64,000 bases of DNA from Paraspadella gotoi. Its lineage: Eukaryota > Animalia > Chaetognatha. The notes beneath the pieces were generated by a model, which searched no databases, was not told the DNA's origin, and saw only the letters and a program-made list of their open reading frames with translations. Positions 38,769 through 50,845 of the stretch are shown here, in pieces. The stretch covers positions 13,880,186 through 13,944,185 of the forward strand of contig CM119267.1 of NCBI GenBank assembly GCA_051294375.1, read 5' to 3'. The position numbers and the translations under genes are program-made. How positions within the stretch are numbered: position 1 is the stretch's first letter; the number at the start of each line of letters is the position of its first letter.

Positions 38769-39375
38769 NNNNNNNNNNNNNNNNNNNNNNNNNGGTTAAA
38801 AAAAAAAACATAAACTGTTAAGAGGTCGTCTGCTCGTCCGTTCCATTCAATGATTCGAAAGCCAAACTAAAAATAAAATAAAGAAAAGACGTTGCTAACT
38901 TGCAATCGACTCTTCACTCTTCACTCTTCAACAATCTGACCCAACCCTGGATCCCAAACCACCTCCGCAGTCCGAAGCCTCAAAACAACAACAACAACAG
39001 CTACAAAACAACACAGGATTCTCGGCGCCAGGCGTTTTTTTTATTTTCTATTCGTTCTCTTTTTCTTTTTGTAAATTTTTATTAATTCTCATCATAACTC
39101 ATCTTTCGCCTTTTATTTTCTAAAAGTAGAAATAAATTAGAAGAAATCACAAAACTATTTTTTTTGGGGGGAAGCACATGCTAATGTTTTAAGTATGGAC
39201 GTTACATAAAGACGTTAAATGAAGTTCGAGCAAAGGCTACTAGCAAATTTATATTTCGATATATCTAAATCTATTTCTATGCTTAACTTACATCTACAAA
39301 AACGACCAACAACAACATTGGAAAAGAAGAAAATTGACGTCGACATTGATGTTGCCAAGTCGACGNNNNNNNNNN

Positions 39376-39406
<31 letters not shown>

Positions 39407-41968
39407 TTTCTAGACGACAGGCAAAGCTTAAATTCGAGCAATTTGGATCGCAAGGGGGTTGGGAAATTCGAGGTGTGTGGGGTTTTTCAGATGCTCGGAA
39501 TTGATGAGTCACAGCTTTAAAGGTTCGACCTGACTCTGAGAGGCTCTGGGCTTTGGAATGACTGGATTTAATCCATCAATTAATCAATTCTTCTTTCAGT
39601 GGATTTTGGGGGCCTCCGTTTTCGTCGGTGGAGAAAAAAACTCGGGTTTCTTGAGGTTTTAAAGCGAGTCTTGGGACTGGAGCAGAGGTATGACGTACAA
39701 TGTACACGCTGCCTCTACAATGTACACTGTACATAGAGTTCGAAAGGAGAGCGGATGTTTACTGGAAAGTGTCCCAAGTTGAAATTTAGAATTCCAGCTT
39801 TTTGGGAACTTTTTATCACTATAATAATTTAAAACTCATATAAAAATGCTCTTTGAGCATTACTTTTGATAGAATTTGTAGACACAAGTGCTGATGAAGA
39901 CTTGAACTAAAGTCAAAACATGCCTAGTAGGCATTGGTTAGTGTTGCCTAGTGTTGCCTACTGTTAAAAAAAAAAAAAAAAAATTGAAGTGACTGTTGTG
40001 AGGAAATCATTTCAAAGACCCAATTACGAAGGACAGTCCAGAAAAAGTAAAACTTATAAAACCGGTGGAATAAAATCCCATTACTACTTATCGGAAATTT
40101 TACAGTCGTCGTCGTCGTCGTCGTAGCGATAAACAACGACCGTGGTCATGAACTTGGTCGCTGTCAACATTGTCGTCGTTGTGGTCGTTGCTGTCGTCAT
40201 TGTGGTCGTCGTCGTCGTCGTCGCTCACAAGGCCCGCGAATCAAACAAAGCTGGATTCAATCAAGAAGGGATAAAGAAATGAAAAGGCAATGAACACTCC
40301 TAATGTTTTGGTGAGAGGAACTCCGGGATACGCCGGTTGCCTGAGCCTAAACGCAATTTTCCTCTCTTCGTGGGATCCTATTTTGGATTCTATTTCGGGA
40401 GCGATCTTTCTTTTAAGGGGTTTCATTACTGCGATAATGTGAGAGGGCCGAAAGAGGGAGGTAGCGAGGCTAAAACTCTATCCACTTTCAAATTATTGAT
40501 TTTTAAGGAAGGAAATGATGGTTTTCTTTCCAGAATATCAAAATAGCCAACGGCCTAGCTCGGACTTCTTACTTGGCCTATTCTGGAGTAAGGATTCGTT
40601 CATGATTCATTCGTTCACTTAAATGCATTTTTTGCATTCATTTATTATTTCGATTCAATCATAAATTTCATTCTTTCATTCAATTTAAATTCATTCATTA
40701 CCACTTCAATTTATAGAAATTTATCTAATGAAGAACACTTTATTGCATTTTATTTCCAAGCAACTCTGGAAAACCGGATTTATTCTTTCACAAAATTTAT
40801 TCCATTTTGATTTATCTATTTCTCCTCTTCATTCTGTTTCCTAATATCTCCGTACTTGCCGTTCCCACGCACGAAATCATCTCTGTCCTCTCACCCCCTA
40901 ACCCCCTCGTCTCCTCTCTATTCTCCTCTCTCTCTCTCCTCTCTCTTTCTCGTCTCTTCTCTCTCACATCTCTCTCTCTCTCCTCTTTCTCTCTCTCTCC
41001 GCCTCTCTCCATTCTTCTCTTGGAACCAATTCTTTTCGCCAATGCCTCCGAAAAAACCCTTTTTCCTAATTTAATTCCGTTTTTTTCGCATTCTCCATCT
41101 ATTCTTTGGCTCTCACTTTAATCTCTCTCTATTTTCTCTCATAACTCTCATCTTCATTCTCCATCTTTATTGTTACTATTCTTCAGTAATTGTTGCCATT
41201 GGTCCTTTGTGAACTTTCTTATTGCCAGTTTTTTACTTTTTACTTAAATAGTATCTCATCTATATAGTTTTCTTTTTGTTCGTCCTCAGGTTTACTTATC
41301 TTTCTATTTCTTTTCATATTCTTTGAATACTTTTTTTCGTTTCTTTCGTTATTTTTTTCTATGTTCTGTTCTTTTCTCATTCTTTTCACTTTATATCTTG
41401 GCATTATCTTTTCCTTTCTGCGAGTTTCTTTTCTTGATCATTTCGTTTCCTCTCTCTCTTTCTTTCGGCTGTTCCTATTTCGATTCCTTTCTTTCTTTTC
41501 TTCTTAATTTTTTACTTTTTCTTTCTTTCTTTCTTCCCCCATCGATCCTCATCCGCCAGACCCTAACTTCACCCCCCATTTGGCGAGCGAGCGAGACAAA
41601 ACGAGCGTTGCCCCGACTTCCCGCGAGGCCGATGCGGTTCTTCAGCCTTTTCCGGCCTAACATCATTTCCTCGCCGAGATGGAATGGAAAATTCGCTTCG
41701 TTCCAAGATCCGAATTTTCTAAAGTGAAGAAAACTTTAAGGGGCTCCGTGGAAATTCTCTCTCTCCGTCTACGACTTAATATCAGTAGTGCGAGTCATCG
41801 AGAGGCGGAAAAAAAAATAATAAAGATCGATAAAAACACTTTTAAAAAAAATAAGGGTACAGCACAATTTTAGCGAACAAAGGAAATGAGGACAGTTTGG
41901 ATAAAACGTAAAACACGAAAGCTCAATAATCAGGAAGGATTGAATAGAAGGTACGTTCTAAGAGCAGA

Positions 41969-42300
41969 ACTTCCGTTTCAGAGTGATGACGTCTAGAGAG
42001 AGAGAGAGAGGAGAGAGGAGAGAGAGTCATCAGACATTACCATTCGCCGAGATGACGTCATCAATCTTATTTATGAGGATAATATGATGACGTCATCAAC
42101 ATTCCCATTCCGAATGACGTCATCAATCCTATTTATAGAGTTGCTCACTTCCACGTTCCGAGCGGCCACTTCGGTTCCGAGTCAACTTCCGGTACTGGCC
42201 ACTTCCGGTTCTGGTCACTTGCGCGGTTCCGTCACTTCACGGTTCCGAGGCCACTTTCGCGGTATCTGGTTCATTTCCGGTCTGGGGTAACTTTCGGAAT
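41969..42300. repeat. Tandem array of CRE palindromes (TGACGTCA) followed by ~16-bp units carrying the ETS motif CACTTCCGG
   Basis: Perfect TGACGTCA at 42053, 42088 and 42115, plus TGACGTC at 41987. About nine degenerate CACTTCCGGTTCCGG-like units at 42145-42300. Confidence 0.8.
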
Positions 42301-43020
42301 TCGGGAGTCACCTTGATTATAGGTGCACTTTCTCAGTGAGACGGTTTTTATTTAGAAAACTATGCGGCGCATGAAGCTTGCCTACAAACTTAGAATAAAC
42401 AATTTGATTGTTTATGTCTGTTATTAAATTTATACTAAATTAGATCCTGACAGCTTATCTATTATGAGATAGAAGGCGTTTTGTGAAAAGCGCAAAAAGG
42501 AAGCGAAAGAAATATGTTGTTTTTTATTCAAGCAACTTTTTCTATCAACAACGCACTTTCAACCTAGGTCAACGTGACATTATTAGTTCCGTTCAAATGA
42601 CACAACGCACGGGCAATAAAGTAAACAAATAGAACCAAGGTAAAAGAACACGAATGACAGTACATTTAAGTCAACATAGTAAAATAGCCATATCTCGATG
42701 TAACTAAATGCAAAATGACAAAAACATAATTTAAATTGGTCAATTAGAAAACACAGACAGAGACATCCAAACTAAAAGCAAGAGGGTTTATGAATACAAG
42801 AAAGTGAAAGTAACCATCAATTTTCTCATTCGATATAGTCGCACGGTGCCCACAAAAGAAATAACCAAAGTGTCAGAGCTGCGAAGCAAGGAAAAAGAAA
42901 GACAGGTATCAGCGTATTATAGGAGGTGTCTAGACGCGAGACCGTAGCGTATGGAGTCGAGAGGGTAGGGAATAAAGAATCAAGGTGAACGAATTGAGAG
43001 AGAGAGGAAGAGAGGAGAGC

Positions 43021-43051
<31 letters not shown>

Positions 43052-43076
43052 NNNNNNNNNNNNNNNNNNNNNNNNN

Positions 43077-43112
<36 letters not shown>

Positions 43113-43551
43113 AACTTGCTAAATACAATATTATAAAATCTTAAAGAAATTCTCAAGAACCTTCTCGACTAATTCAAAAAAAAGTTAAGACACGCGAGAG
43201 ATTAATTATGGTTTTCTCAGAAAAGTCAAGACAAACAGAAAATAACAAAATTTATTAAAAAATATCCGGAAAAAGAATTATAAAACACTTTAAAAAAGTT
43301 TTGAAAAAGAAAAAAAAACATTATTTTGTGAGAAAAACTGGAGAGAAACGAAATAATTCATTAAAAAAAAAACTAAAAATAAACTAAAATTGAATTGAAT
43401 TAAAAAAAAAGAGAGAGACACGTGGTGCTTGGAGGCTTTTGTCTTTAGCGACGCTGATTTGTACCAAGAAGCAGCAGTTTTTAAGTCTGGAGCCGCGAAA
43501 ACTTTTTATTTCCTTTTTTCTTTCTTTTCTCTGGAGCCTCTCCTTCCCTTC

Positions 43552-43684
<133 letters not shown>

Positions 43685-43922
43685 GGCGTCAATTTTTTTT
43701 CTTACCCCCCTTTTTTTTTGCTTTGTTAGAGTGTTCCCCACCATTGATTGTTTGTTTTTCCTTTAAAGTTTGTTTGTTTAGCTCTTTTGTTTGTTTAACT
43801 CAATCGCTCTTTCGTTCGACCTTTTTTATTTTTTCTTTGCTTATCATTATTTTTCTTTCCTTGCCGTTTATCTTTGGTTTTGTTCTTTATTTTTGTTTTT
43901 TTAATTTCTTTCTTTCTTTCTC

Positions 43923-44014
<92 letters not shown>

Positions 44015-44540
44015 TCCTTATTTTTTCCTTCCTCCCTCCCACGCACTCCACACAAAAGAGCTTGCCGCGTTATATTCCCTGCCATTGTCCCCAGATAAGG
44101 TTTTTCCTCTGCCTCCCCCCCCATTTCTCGCCGCAAAGGAACAAAAAAGCGAAATTAAATAGAGGCAGCGTCGTCGCCCAAAATAGAATATACTCCGCGG
44201 CGGCGCGGCGCGGTATTACTGAGCTGTCGGGGCGGAAAAAAAGGGGGCGTGGCAAGGAGCAGAGGAGGGGGGATTAAAAGCGAAATCTGCGAGAGCCTCG
44301 AGTTCAGTCAGATGCTCTTTTATCTAAATCGGTGAAAAGGAAAATTTCAGAAAAGAAAAAAAAAAGTTTCAAATAGTTTTTTTTCGTTTGAAAGAAAGAC
44401 TTTTTGTAACAAACGTTTTTCAGTAAGATTTAGTAACATTTAAACGTACGCTGTCAAAAGGTACCATTTTTGTAATGCGATAGCATTTTGCACCTTTTTT
44501 GAATTTTAAAAATAGGAGCAGAAAAAAGATTTCATATAAC

Positions 44541-45263
44541 TAGGAGTCTACGTAGTTCTTAGAAATCGAGGAAGACTTTTTCAATGGAGATTTTCGTTCA
44601 AATCTGACTACCAAATAATGTCAACGCCCCTGGGAAAAATTCGGGTAAAAAATAGATGTAAAAACACTTGATTCCGATCCTGTTGCATCTGAAGGGCTCG
44701 CATTTTTTTTCTCTTGACAAATAACCATCATTTTGACATTGAACCATTCGATTCAAATGGACTGGTCCGCTCGGGAAAATATTTTTGACGCAATTTTTAT
44801 ATATAAAATAAAGGGATTTCTCAACTTCAATACAATGTCAACGCATTTAAGGTATGTTGTCATTTTACAATAAACTTCGAATTCAGGAATCCGATAGCAA
44901 TATGTCTGAAGGGCTCTCAAAATTTTTCTTTACATTTCATTTGGTTATTTTAATATGATACAATCATGTTAAAGTGAATTAGTCCATTTTGCTGAAATTT
45001 TTATTTAAAGTAAAAGTAAAAGAGGAGCTAACGATCGGAATTCTAAGAGTTTTCAACCGGGAGTCAGATTCGGAAAAAATCTTATATGGCGAAAATCTTC
45101 CAAAGAAGGGGTGAATTTTCCAAAGATTTTGGTTAATATTTTCTATATTTATGGTCGGATTTTTTTGAAACTTAAAAATAGCAATATTGCCATCATTCTA
45201 CATTGGCCGGTCAAAGAATATATTAAAAAAACCTCTGACTTTTTTCGTCAGAGCTTAGTCCTA
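44541..45263 (-). mobile_element. 723-bp non-autonomous element (HINE/Helentron-like; MITE as alternative) absent from copy B
   Basis: Flanked by duplicated ATATAAC (44534-44540, 45264-45270), which occurs once at the empty site 55570-55576. Ends are TAGGA...TCCTA. Hairpin CTCTGAC-N7-GTCAGAG lies near the right end. The left end is an imperfect palindrome around AGAAATCGAG next to CTAG-TT (minus strand). Internal ~215-bp direct repeat. Confidence 0.8.
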
Positions 45264-45706
45264 ATATAACCAACTAAGTTAATTTAACGAGGTTTTATTA
45301 ATCAGCTAGAGAGAGAAAAAAAAAGAGAGGAAAGTACAGAGAAAGACAGTGAGAGAGTTAGAGAGAGAGAGAGAGAGAGAGAGAATGATTTCTCCCGAGG
45401 AAGTGTCGGGGATTCCAAGTTAAGTTCATCGAAGCGGGGGCGGCGCTGGGATCGAATTTTTCCAGACGCGGTTCACAACTCTCACTTAATCCCCTTCGCA
45501 TCTGAGTCACCTTAACGACTTTTCAACGTTCACCGACTCTCGCTTCCACACGCTTCCTCACGATTCCGCCCGCTTCCGCCCGCTTCCGCCCGCTTTCAGG
45601 CGCTTCGTTCTCGTTGACTCAATTCGCGCCGACGATTCAAAGTTGATGTCGATTCACTGACGAATGTTTTCTCAACTTGTTTTCAGGCGAATCACCTTCT
45701 TTTTAA

Positions 45707-45885
45707 CCTTTTCTTTTTAACCTTTTCTTTTTAACCTTTTCTTTTTAACCTTTTCTTTTTAACCTTTTCTTTTTAACCTTTTCTTTTTAACCTTTTCTTT
45801 TTAACCTTTTCTTTTTAACCTTTTCTTTTTAACCTTTTCTTTTTAACCTTTTCTTTTTAACCTTTTCTTTTTAACCTTTTCTTTT
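45707..45885. repeat. 14-bp minisatellite (TTTTCTTTTTAACC)n, about 12 units; longer (about 23 units) in copy B at 56027-56352
   Basis: Perfect tandem units read directly. Confidence 0.95.
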
Positions 45886-46974
45886 TTTTTTTATTCTTTC
45901 ACTTCTTCTTTTTCCTTTTCATTCACATTTTTCTTTCACCGAACTGAGACTGCTATGTTTCTTGTTCGCAAAATAGTTGAGAGTCTCACCTCGTTCAATC
46001 GATCCTAAATTTAAAGAGGAAACTTTAAACCCTTCACTCGCCGAAAATAGATACGCTTCTCTTTTTTCGGCTGAATCCTCTTCTCAAATCATCACGATCT
46101 TTCTTTTCCTTCATTTTTTCATTTGGTTTCACTCGGATATTATTCGCTCTACCTCTTTTTTTATTTCATCCAATCACTCCCACTATTCGCTCTTTTCCCC
46201 ATCTCCGCATCAGCAGCATTCACTATCATCCTTTTCGCCCCGTTCCTCTCTCGCCATTTTCTCCTTTCACTTCCCTTTCCCCGTCGATTTTGCTCCCTTC
46301 CAACACGCCCCATCCGACGACGCCCCCATTGGACGCCCCCTAGTCGAACGCCGCCCCCACATGACGCCCCCCTTTCTCTTCTTTACTTCCGGTTTACGCT
46401 AACGGAGGGGTCCTTTTCTGGAGAGAAAGGGGGCCGAAGTCGAAGGCGGAAGAAAAATACGCGAATCGAAACGAAAATGTATAAAAATAAAAATGAGGAA
46501 NNNNNNNNNNNNNNNNNNNNNNNNNAGTATTATTAAAAAGATTATTATCTTTTATTAAGATTTATTCAATGATAAATTTTTAAAATTTCATATAAACCAA
46601 AAAAAAGAATAGCATTAAAAATTATAAAACTTTGATTGGCATTCCTGCGAGATCCAATAAAACCCTTCTGGAGGTTATTGGGAAAACTAAAGAAGCAAAG
46701 GTTGTTTCGTTAAAGAATAACTAAAAACGCTATGAACTTGTAAAGCAAGTCGAAACAATGTCTGTAAATCAAAATAAAATTTGTGCAAAAACAAAAAACT
46801 TTGTCAATTCTCTAAGAATTTAACGGAAAAAAGAAGAACGAAATGGATGGAAAAGGATAAACGTTTCTGGGAAAATAATAAAGGAATTCAGATTATAATT
46901 TTTTTTTAATATTTTTATTTTTGTTATATGAAATTGGTACAACCAATATATATTTGGGTTAAAATTTAAGTTAC

Positions 46975-47208
46975 TATGGTGGACTAAAATCCACAATCGG
47001 TTCATCAGCGGCCCATATGGTCCGGAGCAAGACATTCGCCTCCCAAACAAAGGTCCGGGGTTCTAAGCCCGGTGGTCGTCTGGCAGTTAAGAGTAACGGG
47101 GCGCTAACCCCCTGTAACATGGTATTAAGCCTGCATCCGAAGCTCAGGGACTGCTTATATTGAAACGGTCTGTCACTAACACATAACAATTATTCACTTG
47201 TCTCTTCA
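46975..47208 (+). mobile_element. ~240-bp tRNA-core interspersed repeat copy
   Basis: TATGGTGGACTAAAATCCAC ... CCGGGGTTCTAAGCCCGGTGGTCGTC ... TGTCTCTTCA. Confidence 0.85.
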
Positions 47209-47406
47209 ATTGGTTGAGCCCGACTTCGGAAACACAACAGCAACAACAACACTTTCAAGGCGACATTGCCTCAACCTGGCCGATGCACTTTGCCGCCCAC
47301 AAAACACATCAGGCGACATGCCTTCAACTTGGTGACGAACTTCCACCAACAACAACAATTCACTGAAGAGACGCCAACAGACTTTTCCTTAACGGGAGGT
47401 GGGGTG

Positions 47407-47646
47407 TATGGTGGACTAAAATCCACCAATCGTTCATCAGCGGCCATTGGTGCCGGAGGCAAAGAACATTCGCCTCCTAACCATAAGGTCCCGGAGGTTC
47501 TAGCCCGGTGGTCGTCTGGCAGTTAAGGGGCACGCGGCGCGCTTTTAACCCGCTGTAACATGTGTTACAGCCTGATCGAAGCTCAGGGACTGCTTATATT
47601 GAACGGTTTCTGTCACTAACACATAACAATTATTACTGTCTCTTCA
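47407..47646 (+). mobile_element. ~240-bp tRNA-core interspersed repeat copy
   Basis: Same 5' and 3' boundaries as the other copies, with different flanks. Confidence 0.85.
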
Positions 47647-47730
47647 TTACAATAAATTATGGTAAAAGAATAAATTAAGAATAATTGTAAGTTAACTTAA
47701 AAAAATAAATTAAGGTTAAAAATAAGTTTG

Positions 47731-47875
47731 GGCGGTAAGTTAGGGTTAGGGGTAAGTTAGGGGTAGGGAAAGTTAGGGGAGAGGTAAGTTTAGTTAGGGT
47801 AAGTTTTAGGTTAGGGCGTAAGTTTGGCGTTAGGGGTAAGTTTGGAGTTAAGGGTATGTTAAGGGTAAAATTAGA
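47731..47875 (+). repeat. Degenerate G-rich telomere-like tandem repeat (GGGTAAGTTAGGGTTAG-like)
   Basis: About eight variants of GTAAGTT(A/T)GG.GTTAGG in an interstitial position. Confidence 0.7.
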
Positions 47876-48256
47876 GTTTAAATTTAAAATTAAGTTTCGG
47901 TTTAAGTATATAATTTAAAATTTCAAAAAAGAATATTTTTAAATATTAATAAATTTATAAAAATATAATAATAATATTTATAAGTAAGTGTTTATATGAT
48001 TACAATGGTCATTTGAATAATGCGAAGATTGAGAGATCAAGGTTAAAATTGCTTTTTTCTTTATCTTCAAAATTTAGTATCCAAATATTTATTAAAAATA
48101 TTTAAAACTGGGTTGATGAAGGGGATCAAAAAACAAGAATCAAAACATATTCGAATTATTATCACAATATTATTATCACAATGAAAACTTTATTTGTAAA
48201 TATTTATCAAACAATAAAAAAAATATATAATTAAATTTTTTTAAAGAATTTTAAAA

Positions 48257-48445
48257 ATTTAGAAAAAGGTTGAATGATATGCTAAACAACGATTTTATTT
48301 TGAAATATAATAATAACGGACATGTTTCGGCTCTTGTTCAAGCCTTTCTTTTTCAAACTTACTCAAGAGCCAAAACATTGTCCCGTTGATTATTATTGTT
48401 GTCAATAAATCGTTGTTGCATATTTGTTTAAACTTTTTTTTAAAT
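48257..48445. mobile_element. Imperfect ~190-bp palindrome with a degenerate Penelope-type minimal hammerhead ribozyme motif
   Basis: Arms ATATGC..AACAACGATTTTATTTGA..AATAATAACGGACATGTTTCGGCTCTTG / CAAGAGCCAAAACATTGTCCCGTT..ATTATT..TCAATAAATCGTTGTTGCATAT. The minus strand reads TTGAAAAAGAAA-GGCT(TGAACAAG)AGCC-GAAAC-AT-GTC. Confidence 0.6.
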
Positions 48446-49412
48446 CTCAATCACAACGAAAACAACAAGGATATAATATAATGTTTAAGAATTTTAAAAA
48501 ATCCTTAGCTCGGTGAAGCTTAAAAACGTTTTTAATATCATTGTTGTTACGGTTCTTAAATTTCTTTTCATGTAAAGAAACGAACTGGTTATTTATTTCT
48601 TTTCTTTCTCTTCGTTTCCCATAAGCCTCCAGTCCAGGAGCGATTCAACTCCGGGATTGCCATCATTTATATTGATTACCAATTTTTCTAATGGTGCTAG
48701 TGTTGGAATACGATATAGTATTCCCTGATAATCTAATATTTTTAAAGGCGAGAATCATTTCATTTTTTTTAAATATTATATTATTTTATTTAAATTTATT
48801 ATACTGTTCTGTTTAAACAAATTTAAAAATTAAAAATTAAAATTATATGTCCATAAGCAGTAAAAAAATTTTTTAATCGTCTGAATCTTTTTATCATTCC
48901 ACCTATTATGCAAACAATATAAAAATTTGTATAAAAGGTTAATTTTTTTATTTGATTAAGAATTATTTTTTATTATTAAAATCTAATAAAATATATAAAA
49001 TTGTCCTGGAAATTGATTTTTTAAAAATTTATAAAAAATAAAAATGAATTATTTTTTTAAATAAATTAAGTAAAAAATAAATAGAAAAGGATTAATTTTT
49101 TAAAAATAAAATAAAAAAATTTGGATATGTATATTTTTTTAATATATATATTTTTATATAATGATTAGTTAATAATTATAAAATTATTATAATTAATATA
49201 ATAATTATTTATTTAATTAAATAAATTATTTTGCTGATTTTGGAACAGGTTTGGTGGTTTAAAGCTTCCAGTCATTTTATAAAATAATAACATAAGATTT
49301 AATCAAAAAATTTTTATAATTTTATTTAATAAGTGGTCCGATCTGGTTCCACTTTTAGTAAAGACTAACTCCTGCGATGCATTTCTAAGAAATGTTTTTT
49401 AATTTATATATT

Positions 49413-49647
49413 TGAAGAGACAGTGATTATTGTTATAAGTTAGTGACAGAAACCGTTCAATGTAAGCAATCCCTGAGCTTCGGATCAGGCTGTAGACACC
49501 ATGTTACACGGTTAAGCGCCCGTCCCTCTTAACTGCTTGGGCTTGCCACCGGGCTTAGACCCGACCTTTGGGTTAGGAGGCGAATATGACTTGCCTCCGG
49601 CACAATGCCACTGATAGAACGGGTTGGTGGATTTTAGTGCCACCATA
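49413..49647 (-). mobile_element. ~240-bp tRNA-core interspersed repeat copy
   Basis: Reverse complement of the family, from TGAAGAGACAGT to GGTGGATTTTAGTGCCACCATA. Confidence 0.85.
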
Positions 49648-50228
49648 ATTATAAAGATTAATCTTTTAAGTTAAATCTGGGAATATTATATTGAAATGTA
49701 AATAATGTAATTTAGTTATGGTGTTAATAAATTAAGATTAAGCATAAATTAAATTTAGTTAAGAAACCGCCGGCAATTTTTTTTCCATCATTGCGTAGAT
49801 CATTTTCCATGAATAAAAACTAAATTCCACGCGCTCTTTCAGCCGTTTCATTACATCGGTCTTTCGTGTCACCCTCTCCATTTAGGACCTTATTGCAGCG
49901 TTTGACGTGGTAAGCATAACTAAGTTTCAATTTTTGCGTTTAAATTCTTCGCCATTTTATTTCTATAAAAATCTATATATTGTAAATCTATATATGTAAT
50001 CATTCTCATGGTGAGGGCGCTAGAAAAATATTTTCACGCCCCTTTCATTTTATCTCGGCCCTTTGGTTTTTTTGGGATGGCGAAAGGTAAATAATATTTT
50101 TTGTTTTGCTATTTACATTAAATTCCCCTACATTGAAGTTATTTTTTTCGGTTACTGAGCTATTTTTTTTAAATTTAGGTTTTATTCTCAACTTCGTTCT
50201 ACGTCAACCCGACAGCTCCGCGTCCGCA

Positions 50229-50845
50229 ATGGCGTCTGCTTCGCGCGTTCTCATTTAGCCCATTTACTGTCTTTCCTTGCTAAATATCAGGATGACGCCA
50301 CCATGCTATATTTTTTTATGTTCTTAGTAAGTCTTTTGCCGAGTCCATTGTAAAAATCTAATCCAAAGTAAACTAATTATGTCCTCAAAAAAGGATTATT
50401 ATTCTCCTACTCGACTTAATGCAGTGCTTTCTCTTTTTAAATCAGTTTTATATATTAAACTAATTAGCGCCCCCAAAAGGGATTAATTCTCCTACTCGAT
50501 CTTAATGCAGTGCTTTCCCATTTTAAATCAGTTTTTATTTTTAAAGTAACACTAGTTTTATTGTTCCTCAAAAAAGATATTATTTCTCCTGCTTGATCTT
50601 AATACGGTTTGCTTTCATTCTTCTAAATCAGTTTTTATTAAGTAAACTAATCTTGTCCTCAAAACAGAGGTATTAATCTCTTCCTTCTCTCCAGCAACAA
50701 CGGATTATGCAAAGACATCGCCATTAGGTTTGTCCGGCCGCTGTGTTCTTCGCCGCGTGGTCGTCAGGGACGTCGTTCTTCAACAACAAATCTTCTCCCG
50801 ATTCCAAGGAATTTTTGGAAACGGAAACTTTATGCGCAATGTTAA
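50229..50845 (+). CDS. Tentative small two-exon coding gene (50229-50326, 50695-50845), possibly a secreted peptide; frames broken by noisy sequence
   Basis: TTTAG acceptor at 50178, ATGGCG at 50229, GTAAGT at 50327, and a polypyrimidine tract with CCAG at 50694. Restoring one T in a homopolymer gives MASASRVLILAHLLSFLA. Confidence 0.25.
50366..50680. repeat. ~88-bp tandem repeat, about 3.5 units
   Basis: AAACTAAT..GTCCTCAAAA..ATT..TTCTCCTACTCGATCTTAATGCAGTGCTTTC...TAAATCAGTTTT is repeated. Confidence 0.85.

Noticed and set aside
45707-45885. Telomeric array (contains TAACC, a rotation of CCTAA)
   Set aside because: It is a 14-bp T-rich unit, interstitial, with unique flanks on both sides.
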